DNA of 64,000 nucleotides. Origin: Acidimicrobiales bacterium. GTDB lineage: Bacteria; Actinomycetota; Acidimicrobiia; Acidimicrobiales; JBBSGY01. The position numbers and the translations under genes are program-made. Of this stretch, positions 48,428-56,081 are shown piece by piece. Every line of letters begins with the position of its first letter. Position 1 is the first letter of the stretch. The DNA is taken from assembly GCA_044220495.1 (NCBI GenBank), contig JBGAQY010000007.1:11112-75111 (forward strand), given 5' to 3'. The notes under the pieces are model-generated. The model did no database searches. It saw nothing but the letters and a program-made list of their open reading frames with translations, and had not been told where the DNA came from.

Positions 48428-48530
48428 CTCTCGGGCTGAATTCGCCTGTCGCGGCGTTCTCGGCTCGTCGCTGGCCGTTGCCAGCGTCCTCGCCTGCGGC
48501 CTTGCGACAGACGAATTCAGCTCCGAGAGT
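48427..48530. repeat. About 104-nt imperfect palindrome (REP-like), starting at the sigma gene stop codon
   Basis: actctcgg-gctgaattcg-c-ctgtcgc ... gcgacag-a-cgaattcagc-t-ccgagagt, with an inner gctggc-cgtt-gccagc hairpin. Confidence 0.8.
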
Positions 48531-48581
48531 CCTCGCCCACCACGCGGCTGGCGCACGTCGAGGTCGTGCAGTCGGCTTGAG

Positions 48582-48970
48582 TCGGTGGTTCCTCGGACGG
48601 GTCGTTCTGGCTTCGCCAGTCACTCCCGTCCTACGCGCCCGGCTGCGCGCACGTTGCAGTTGTCCCTGGCGCGAGTCGGGCGGTTTGCGCGCTGACTTAC
48701 ATCGGTGGTTCCTCGGACGGGTCGTTCTGGCTTCGCCAGTCACTTCCGTCCTGCGACCGAGGCTGGCGCACGCCGGGGTTGCTCAGTGCGGCGCCTCGCC
48801 CGCACTTGCTTTCAACTACGCGAAAAGGTCAAAAAAGGCCTAGGTCCGGGCTGTTTCTGGTCATTTCGCGTGGTTGAAACGGGGTTGCTCAGTGCGCACC
48901 TCGGTGGTTCCTCGGACGGGTCGTTCTGGCTTCGCCAGTCACTCCGTCCTGCGACCCAGGCTGGAGCACG
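48582..48970. repeat. Three direct copies of a ~70-nt structured repeat in a mosaic (REP/BIME-like)
   Basis: tcggtggttcctcggacgggtcgttctggcttcgccagtcact(c/t)ccgtcct at 48582, 48702 and 48901, each followed by a ggctggcgcacg-like tail; cggggttgctcagtgcg also occurs twice. Confidence 0.9.
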
Positions 48971-48981
48971 CTGACAGCGCG

Positions 48982-49329
48982 CTAATCGTCTTTCTGCAGC
49001 AGTTCGTGAATCAGCGCCAGGATTTCCTCAGCGGCTTCGACGCTTAGGTCGGGGTCGGCTGCTAGGTGCGATTCGATGATTGCCGCGGCGCCCTCGTTTT
49101 GCAGTTCTTTTGAATGCACGAAGCGGTCTGCGGTTATGCCAAGCCAATCGATGATGCGCTCAAAGTCGGCTGCCCTTGGGAGCTCGCCGGCTTCGACGTG
49201 CGCGAGCGTTTCCATCGAAACGTCGCATTGATGTGCGGCGGAGCGCAACGTCAGATTGTTGTCGGTGCGGTGTTTGCGCACCAGCGACGGAAGTTGGTGA
49301 AGGCTCAGTGGAGCGTCGGGGCTGGTCAC
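48982..49329 (-). CDS. XRE-family helix-turn-helix regulator
   Basis: LTLRSAAHQCDVSMETLAHVEAGELP...IIDWLG. Confidence 0.8.
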   Translation of the reverse strand: MTSPDAPLSLHQLPSLVRKHRTDNNLTLRSAAHQCDVSMETLAHVEAGELPRAADFERIIDWLGITADRFVHSKELQNEGAAAIIESHLAADPDLSVEAAEEILALIHELLQKDD

Positions 49330-49338
49330 AACAAACGC

Positions 49339-50160
49339 CTACGAAATGTGCGATCGCAGGCGTTCGGCGAATGACTTCGATCGCCGGTTGAGGCGCCAGT
49401 AGGCAATGCCGAGACCAACGGCGGCGATACCTGACGTTGCCATCATCGCTGTCGCGATACGCATGCGCGTCTTGACACTTGCATCGCGCAACGGCATTGG
49501 ATGCGTGAATTGCACGATTGGCCACTTGTGCGCACGGGCCTCTCGTAATAATTCCTTGTCGGGGTTCACGGCCACCGGATGCCCGACGGCGTCGAGCATT
49601 GGAACGTCAGTGTGTGAGTCGCTGTACGCAAAGGATTTAGCGAGGTCGATGTCATTTGCTTTGGCCATCGCGCGGATCGCGTCGGCCTTCGCGTCTGCAT
49701 ATGCGTAGAACTCGACTTCGCCTGTATAACGGCCGTGCGCGTCGACGCATGCGCGTGACCCGATTGCCTCGTCTGCACCGAGAAACTCAGCGAGCGGTTG
49801 CACGATCTCTTCAGGCGATGATGAAAGGATCACGACTTTGCGTCCCGCCGCTTGATGTTCTTCGATCAGCTCGAGCGCTTCTTGGTAGATGATCGGCTCG
49901 ATCACTTGCGTGAGCGCTTCACGCACTATCCGTTCGACGCGCTCTTTCTCCCACCCACGGGTGATCGTAAGCAGTGATCGCCTGACCTTTTCCAACCGAT
50001 TGTGATCAGCCCCGAGCTGCAAGAAGATGAGGTGGCCAACAGCTACCCGAATCAGGAGTCGGCGAGAGATGAGGCCTTCGTCGTACAGGGTGCGGCCAAA
50101 TGCGGCGACTGACGCCTTGGCGATGACCGTCTTGTCGAGATCGAAAAACGCTGCTTCCAC
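49339..50160 (-). CDS. HAD-IB family hydrolase (Rv3661/CicA-like)
   Basis: AAFFDLDKTVI, K in ADAKA, YSDSHTDVPML and VNPD motifs. Confidence 0.92.
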   Translation of the reverse strand: MEAAFFDLDKTVIAKASVAAFGRTLYDEGLISRRLLIRVAVGHLIFLQLGADHNRLEKVRRSLLTITRGWEKERVERIVREALTQVIEPIIYQEALELIEEHQAAGRKVVILSSSPEEIVQPLAEFLGADEAIGSRACVDAHGRYTGEVEFYAYADAKADAIRAMAKANDIDLAKSFAYSDSHTDVPMLDAVGHPVAVNPDKELLREARAHKWPIVQFTHPMPLRDASVKTRMRIATAMMATSGIAAVGLGIAYWRLNRRSKSFAERLRSHIS

Positions 50161-50287
50161 GTCGTCACCTTAAGAGAAGCGATCGTGCCTGCGGGGCTGA
50201 ATTGGGAGTTGAATATCGTTATGTGTACTTTCATCCCATTTCATGGCTCAGATGGAGCCCCGACGGACGAAAGAGAAGGCCTGAGAC

Positions 50288-50956
50288 ATGATTGCCCTGT
50301 GGTCAGTAAAAGGGGGTAGCGGGACGTCTGTCTTCGCAGCTCAGTTGGCAGTAGCGCTGTCTCGATGGCAGCCCACCACCTTGGTAGACCTGGGCGGTGA
50401 CCAGCCGGCAATCCTTGGCGTCGACGATGCCGAGCTTGGCGTGCGCCAGTGGCTTCGCTCTGACCCTTCGGTTTCGCCTGATGCCCTCGATCGACTTTCG
50501 GTTTCGCTGAGCGACTCGTTCAATCTCTTTCCATCTGGTCCTCCGACGTCAGAGCCCGTCGATGCGACGCTTGCCAGCAAAAGGCTCGAAGCGGCCCTTC
50601 CTGCGCACGCAGTTGTAGACGTTGGCATCGTGCGCAGTCTCGACGAGTTGAGCGCGCAGATTGTTATGGCGGCGTCGACATCGCTGATGGTGTTGCGCCC
50701 GTGTTTCCTTTCGGTGCGACGGGCGTCGCTGTTGGCGCTCGATCCGGATGGCTTGGTGGTTGTTGACGAGCCTGGCCGATCACTTGACGCAAACGATCTT
50801 GCCGAAGTCATCGGTGTGCCCACGGTTGCGGTATCACCCATCGATAGCTCGGTTGCTCGCGCTGTCGATGCCGGACGATTGCTGGGCAAGCGTGCGCCGC
50901 GAGCGCGAGCGATCGACGACCTTGCTCGCACGCTGCTCGATGGTGCAGGCGCGTAA
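50288..50956 (+). CDS. Ssd/CpaE/TadZ-like ParA-MinD superfamily protein
   Basis: WSVKGGSGTS deviant Walker A and LVDL; directly upstream of tadA. Confidence 0.78.
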   Translation: MIALWSVKGGSGTSVFAAQLAVALSRWQPTTLVDLGGDQPAILGVDDAELGVRQWLRSDPSVSPDALDRLSVSLSDSFNLFPSGPPTSEPVDATLASKRLEAALPAHAVVDVGIVRSLDELSAQIVMAASTSLMVLRPCFLSVRRASLLALDPDGLVVVDEPGRSLDANDLAEVIGVPTVAVSPIDSSVARAVDAGRLLGKRAPRARAIDDLARTLLDGAGA

Positions 50957-51061
50957 ATTTTTTGATGCTCGATTTGGAAACCAACAAACGGCCTCACTAC
51001 GTTTCAATGCATCTCATACCAACCCACCCCTGACGAACCAGATCTCGATCACGTCGCAGGC

Positions 51062-52180
51062 TTGCGTCGACAGATTCACGCCTCGTTGCTAGACCCTTCC
51101 GTCGACTCATCGAATGTCGACGAAAGCTTCGTACGTCGCCTCGTGAACAACAGCGCACCACTGCTTGGTGCAGCGCAGGTTGATCGTCTCGTTGCCGAGA
51201 TCTTGTCGGACGTTCATGGTCTGGGCGCGCTTGATGAGTTCCTCGCCGACGACAGTGTCACCGATGTGATGGCGGTCGGGGGTCGTGGATTGTGGATCGA
51301 ACGCAACGGCAAGCTCACTGACACTCGCATCGCGGTGCAGGAGTCAGAGATCGAGCGTTTGATTGAACGGATTGTCGCTCCACTTGGTTTGCGGGTTGAT
51401 CGTTCGTCGCCGATGGTCGACGCTCGTTTGCCTGATGGGTCTCGCGTCAACGCTGTTGTTGCGCCGCTCGCTGTAGATGGTCCGTGCCTCACCATCAGGA
51501 AGTTCGGTGCGCGTGCGATCGGTATGAGCGAGATCGTTGACGACAGCGTTGGAGAGCTGCTGGCAACAGCGGTGCGCACGCGACGCAACATCTTGATTAG
51601 CGGAGGAACTGGTGCCGGCAAGACAACGCTGCTCAACGCCCTTGCATCAGTGATTGACACAAACGAACGCATCGTGACTGTTGAAGATGCTGCTGAACTT
51701 CGCCTTCCCTTGCGTCATGTAGTGAGGCTTGAGAGTCGTCCGGCAAATAGCGAAGGCATGGGTCAAGTCACGTTGCGCGATCTCGTTAGAAACGCTCTAC
51801 GAATGCGTCCGGATCGAATCATTGTCGGCGAAGTGCGTGGTGGCGAAGCGATTGACATGTTGCAAGCGATGAACACTGGCCATGAAGGATCAATGTCGAC
51901 GTGTCATGCAAACAGCCCGCTTGACGCGTTGCGGCGAATCGAAACCATGGTGCTGATGAGTGGAGTGAATCTACCGCTCGAGGCGGTGCGCCAGCAGGTT
52001 GTTGCTGCCATCGATCTTGTTATTCAGATTGCGCGCTTGTCGAACGGACAGCGTCGAGTTGTTGAAGTGGCCGAGGTCATCAACACCCACGAAGGTCCGT
52101 CTACCAGGGTGATTGCGACGAGCGAAGGCGTCGTTGCCGACCTACAACGTTTAGCTAGACGAGGTGAAGAGTCGAAATGA
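51062..52180 (+). CDS. tadA: TadA/CpaF pilus assembly ATPase
   Basis: [43 protein letters not shown] and [12 protein letters not shown] motifs. Confidence 0.95.
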   Translation: MRRQIHASLLDPSVDSSNVDESFVRRLVNNSAPLLGAAQVDRLVAEILSDVHGLGALDEFLADDSVTDVMAVGGRGLWIERNGKLTDTRIAVQESEIERLIERIVAPLGLRVDRSSPMVDARLPDGSRVNAVVAPLAVDGPCLTIRKFGARAIGMSEIVDDSVGELLATAVRTRRNILISGGTGAGKTTLLNALASVIDTNERIVTVEDAAELRLPLRHVVRLESRPANSEGMGQVTLRDLVRNALRMRPDRIIVGEVRGGEAIDMLQAMNTGHEGSMSTCHANSPLDALRRIETMVLMSGVNLPLEAVRQQVVAAIDLVIQIARLSNGQRRVVEVAEVINTHEGPSTRVIATSEGVVADLQRLARRGEESK

Positions 52181-53073
52181 CAGCAACGTCGATTGGCGTG
52201 CTTGCGGCAGTGGTTGTCGTACTAGTGGCAGTGGTTGTGCAGACGGCTGGGCCAGCGCGTGCTGCCCAAGCAACGCGTTCGCGTCTTATGCACAACAGAC
52301 CACACGAGAATGTGCAGTCGCCGCTGCGGAGGGTCTTACGCCGTTTGAGCAAACGTCTGTCGCCGGTTGACGACGAACGCATTCTTACGCTGACACTTCC
52401 GATTCTTGGTGCACTGCTAGTAGGGCCAATCATGATGGTGGCGTTCGTCGGTGCAGTGCCGGCGTTTGTTTTGGTACTTGTCGAGATCATCGCTGTGCCG
52501 GCGACGTACAAATACTTGCGTCAACGCGAGCGAGATCTCTACGAAGCCAGCGTTCCCCTTGCTCTCGATGCCATGGCTGCGAGCCTGCGTTCAGGAGCCG
52601 GCTTAGTGGTCGCAATGCACGACGTATCGTCGTCTCAGGTTGGCATGTCGGGCCGTGACTTTGCGCTCATGTGTCGTGAGATCGACAAAGGCCGTCGCGT
52701 TGTTGAAGCGCTCGACGCGTGGGCAACTAGGCGTCCGCTGCGATGTGTGCGACTCACTGCTGCGGCGATGGCGCTTGCGGTCGAAACTGGTGGCGCACAA
52801 GCAAAGGCGCTCGACGGGGTTGCTGCAACGGTTAGGCAGAGACTCGACGCTCGCACACGCGCGAAGACTGCTGCGACTGAGTCAAAGGCTTCGGCGTTTG
52901 CGCTGACGATTCTGCCCGCCGTCATTAGCGGACCAGTGCTCGTGCTTAGCGCTGACGCTCGCTACTTCATGTTTCACACGTCAGTGGGTGCGACGACTTT
53001 CGTCGTCGGTGTCTTGCTCGACGTTATTGGTGCGTTCGTCATGGCGCAGATGATTAGAAGGTCGTTCTCATGA
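52177..53073 (+). CDS. tadB: TadB-like T2SS-F platform protein
   Basis: ALDAMAASLRSG...ETGG...LDGVA T2SSF pattern. Confidence 0.88.
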   Translation: MTATSIGVLAAVVVVLVAVVVQTAGPARAAQATRSRLMHNRPHENVQSPLRRVLRRLSKRLSPVDDERILTLTLPILGALLVGPIMMVAFVGAVPAFVLVLVEIIAVPATYKYLRQRERDLYEASVPLALDAMAASLRSGAGLVVAMHDVSSSQVGMSGRDFALMCREIDKGRRVVEALDAWATRRPLRCVRLTAAAMALAVETGGAQAKALDGVAATVRQRLDARTRAKTAATESKASAFALTILPAVISGPVLVLSADARYFMFHTSVGATTFVVGVLLDVIGAFVMAQMIRRSFS

Positions 53074-53885
53074 ACACGGGTCTCAGTATTTCGCTCGGTG
53101 TCGGTGCGTATGGCCTTGCGATCTGGGGAGCACTAACGAGTCCGCAGGTAGCGCGTGTGCGAGCGTTGCGACGCTCGCCTGACCGTCCAAAGATCGTTTA
53201 CAAGCGCACTCCCGATCGCATTATCGGCAAGCACGTGAACCGATTGCTGCACTTGATTCCCGTCCTGAAGCATCACTCTTTTGCCGACGAGTCGATTGAG
53301 TTCATGGGGCGTGCTGTTTGTGTTTTGGTGTCGGTTGGTTACTTCTTTCCAAAGCTCTTGTGGTTGGCCATTGTCTGGCTTGCGTTCCAACCTTGGCTCA
53401 CTCATCGACGTCGACAGCGAGAGCGCATTCGTGACATCGAACGCGAATTGCCAATGGCGATCGACCTTTACGGCGTTTGCGTGTCGAGCGGTCTCAACGT
53501 GACGATGGCAACCCGAGCGGTGGCGCACCGAAGCATTGGCCCGCTGGCAGACGAGCTGAAGACAGCCTTGTCGCAAGTCGATCGAGGTCAACGCATGGCT
53601 GATGCGCTCGATGAGGTGGTTGCGCGTACGTGCGAGTCGGTACGGCCGCTCGTTGCCGGCCTCGCTGCGTGCGAGCGCTATGGTTCGTCGCTGTCGGCGA
53701 CTCTTGAGCGGTTAGCTCACGAGTCGAGACTTTCGCAAGAGTGGCAAGCGGAAAGAGCTGCGAAGCAACTTTCCATAAAGCTTCTCTTCCCGGTCGCGGG
53801 CTTGATATTGCCCGCCTTCGCGCTACTGACGGTAGCGCCACTGATAGCCAGCTCTTATGGGTCGCTGGCCTCTTCGCTTTTCTGA
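53070..53885 (+). CDS. tadC: TadC-like T2SS-F platform protein
   Basis: LPMAIDL...SSG...ERYG...KLLFP...LPAF pattern. Confidence 0.88.
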   Translation: MNTGLSISLGVGAYGLAIWGALTSPQVARVRALRRSPDRPKIVYKRTPDRIIGKHVNRLLHLIPVLKHHSFADESIEFMGRAVCVLVSVGYFFPKLLWLAIVWLAFQPWLTHRRRQRERIRDIERELPMAIDLYGVCVSSGLNVTMATRAVAHRSIGPLADELKTALSQVDRGQRMADALDEVVARTCESVRPLVAGLAACERYGSSLSATLERLAHESRLSQEWQAERAAKQLSIKLLFPVAGLILPAFALLTVAPLIASSYGSLASSLF

Positions 53886-53902
53886 AGTTTGGAGTTCCAT
53901 CA

Positions 53903-54148
53903 ATGTCAACGACTGTTATCTCAACCATTGCCGACGCGCCCACAAAGACGTGGGTGTCGATCAACAACCGTATTGCCAGCCGAACCGAACGAGGTTCGCA
54001 GACAGCCGAGTACGGCGTGACTGTCCTTGTGGCGGTTGCCCTTGCGCTTTGCGTTTTCGGATTGATTACCGGTGGTTTGCTCGACAAGGGCATCGGCGAC
54101 TTACTGCACGCTGTGCTTGCGCACGCAACAGCGCTCAGCGACCGCTAG
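53903..54148 (+). CDS. Flp/type IVb pilin-like protein (DUF4244-like)
   Basis: ERG|SQTAEYG: Gly(-1), Glu+5/Tyr+6, followed by a hydrophobic helix. Confidence 0.82.
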   Translation: MSTTVISTIADAPTKTWVSINNRIASRTERGSQTAEYGVTVLVAVALALCVFGLITGGLLDKGIGDLLHAVLAHATALSDR

Positions 54149-54150
54149 TC

Positions 54151-54558
54151 ATGCGAAAGAGTCAAGCGGGCTCGGCCACTGTCGAGCTCGCTCTCGCGCT
54201 TCCGATCCTCACCATCTTCTTGCTGTTGATCGTGCAAGTTGGTGTGGTGATGCTCGATCAACTTGCGGTTACACAAGCCGCGCGAGAAGGAGCACGGGCT
54301 GCCGCCGTCGACCCCAAAAACGGGGTCGGGGCGGCAGCGGCTCGGCGTGCGACAGGCCTTCCGTCTGAGCGCCTAGCGGTCGTCGTTTCGAAACCGTCGG
54401 GGTCACCAAAAATGGTCACTGTACGCACGTCATTTACGTCTCGTGTGGTGTTCCCGTTCACCCAGCGTGTGTTGCTCGAACCCAAGGTCGAAGGTCGGGC
54501 ATCGATGCTGGTCGAAGCTGAAATCGACCCAAGCACACCGTTCACGGCGAGCAAATAG
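54151..54558 (+). CDS. tadE: TadE family pseudopilin
   Basis: G|SATVELALALP...QAAREGARAA. Confidence 0.88.
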   Translation: MRKSQAGSATVELALALPILTIFLLLIVQVGVVMLDQLAVTQAAREGARAAAVDPKNGVGAAAARRATGLPSERLAVVVSKPSGSPKMVTVRTSFTSRVVFPFTQRVLLEPKVEGRASMLVEAEIDPSTPFTASK

Positions 54559-54576
54559 CAGCTACGGTGAGGAGCT

Positions 54577-54915
54577 ATGGACCTGGGTCTTGAAGTAACT
54601 GAGAAGAACGGGTACAGCATCCTCACCGTTCGCGGCGAAGTCGATGTGTACACCGCACCACGTTTACGCGAAAAGCTCGTTGAGCTTGCCGGCGAGGGTC
54701 ACTATCAGATCGTTGTTGATCTTGAAGGTGTCGATTTCTTGGATTCAACCGGTCTTGGTGTTTTGGTGGGTGGCCTCAAGCGACTGCGCAGTCACGAAGG
54801 TGATTTGCAGCTCGTGTGCACGCAACACCGCATCTTGAAAGTTTTTGAAATCACGGGCTTGACGAAAGTGTTTTCGATCTTCGACTCCGTCGATGCAGCT
54901 GTCGGCAGTCAATAG
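54577..54915 (+). CDS. bldG: Anti-sigma factor antagonist (STAS), BldG/RsbV type
   Basis: [30 protein letters not shown] and FEITGL motifs; syntenic with tad and topA. Confidence 0.85.
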   Translation: MDLGLEVTEKNGYSILTVRGEVDVYTAPRLREKLVELAGEGHYQIVVDLEGVDFLDSTGLGVLVGGLKRLRSHEGDLQLVCTQHRILKVFEITGLTKVFSIFDSVDAAVGSQ

Positions 54916-54923
54916 GCATCGTC

Positions 54924-55361
54924 ATGCGTCTGGCCGAACTCGAGTTGCCTGCCACACCTGAGTTCGTCTCACTTGCGCGACTCGTTGTCTCTTCAATTGC
55001 TGACGATCGCTATGAGATAACCGACACCCAGCTCGACGACTTGAAGCTTGCGTTATCCGAAGCGTGCATTGTTGCGATGGCTACGCAAGATTCGTCGAGT
55101 CAAGGCAAGGTCACCATTGCTTGTGAGGGCACCAACGATTCACTTGCTGTTGTCGTCGATGGCAAAGGCAAGCACTTCGAACGGGCAACCTCGGGCCCAG
55201 CATTGGCAGACGGTTTGTTGACCGAAGCTCAGCAAAGCCAAGCAAGCCGGTTGGGTCTTCCCCTTATTGACACCCTTGTTGATCAAATCGCGATCGAAGA
55301 AGTGCCAACCGGAACCCGCTTGCGCATGACGATCTTTTGCGAGCGTGCCGAAGAGCTGTAG
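54924..55361 (+). CDS. RsbW/ApgA-like anti-sigma factor with a degenerate HATPase domain
   Basis: LPATPEFVSLARLVV, DDLKLALSEAC and LGLPLIDTLVD motifs; follows the STAS gene. Confidence 0.82.
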   Translation: MRLAELELPATPEFVSLARLVVSSIADDRYEITDTQLDDLKLALSEACIVAMATQDSSSQGKVTIACEGTNDSLAVVVDGKGKHFERATSGPALADGLLTEAQQSQASRLGLPLIDTLVDQIAIEEVPTGTRLRMTIFCERAEEL

Positions 55362-55378
55362 CGCTCTAGATAAACGAG

Positions 55379-56041
55379 CTAGTTAACGAGCTCTTCGAGC
55401 TCTGACTCAGACGGCGGCGGCGTTGTGGTTGCCTGCTTGGGTGTGCGTCGCGAACGTGCGTATTCGATGCCGACTGGGATCAACGACAGAACGATGATCA
55501 CCGCAACGAGCGGCAACAAATATTTGTCGACATTGAAGTCGTCGGGCAGCGACTGACCCAGCCCCCATCCCGCCATCGTGACGCCGCCACCCCAGAGGAT
55601 TGCGCCGATCACGTTGTAGGTGAGGAACTTGCGGTACTCCATGTGTCCGGCGCCAGCAACGATGCATGCAAAGGTGCGAACAACGGGGATGAAACGTGCG
55701 AGAACGATTGTCTTTGGTCCGTACTTTGCGAAGTAGTGCTCGGCCTTTTCGAGGTATTCCTGCTTGAAGAAGCGCGAGTCGGGGCGCTTGAAGAGTGCCG
55801 GGCCCGCCTTGCGGCCGAAGACATAACCGACCTGGTTGCCGGCAATGGCGGCGAGGGTAGCGCCGACCGCAATGACCCAAATGTTCAGTTTGCCCTGCGA
55901 GGCAAGCAGACCGGCGGTAAATAGGAGAGAGTCTCCGGGCAAGAAGAAGGCGAAGCAAGACTCAGAAAAGATGATGAGAATGGTCCCAATGGATCCGAAT
56001 GTCTCGATCAAGTGGCTGGGTTCGAGGAAATGCACGTTCAC
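55379..56041 (-). CDS. DedA/VTT family membrane protein
   Basis: FSES..FFLPGDSLLF, GNQVGY and LARFIPVVRTF motifs; start approximate. Confidence 0.92.
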   Translation of the reverse strand: MNVHFLEPSHLIETFGSIGTILIIFSESCFAFFLPGDSLLFTAGLLASQGKLNIWVIAVGATLAAIAGNQVGYVFGRKAGPALFKRPDSRFFKQEYLEKAEHYFAKYGPKTIVLARFIPVVRTFACIVAGAGHMEYRKFLTYNVIGAILWGGGVTMAGWGLGQSLPDDFNVDKYLLPLVAVIIVLSLIPVGIEYARSRRTPKQATTTPPPSESELEELVN

Positions 56042-56081
56042 AGGGTAGTTCGCCGAGGCGGGCATTCTTCTATGCAAGGGT

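Noticed and set aside
48582-48970. CRISPR array
   Set aside because: Units are about 70 nt, there are only three, the intervening sequences are unequal (48 and 128 nt) and themselves repetitive or structured, and no cas genes are in the window.
48417-48974. ORFs of 89-121 aa within the repeat region
   Set aside because: Their repeated peptides (VPRTGRSGFASH, RWFLGRVVLASPVT) are translations of the DNA repeats, with no RBS or family support.
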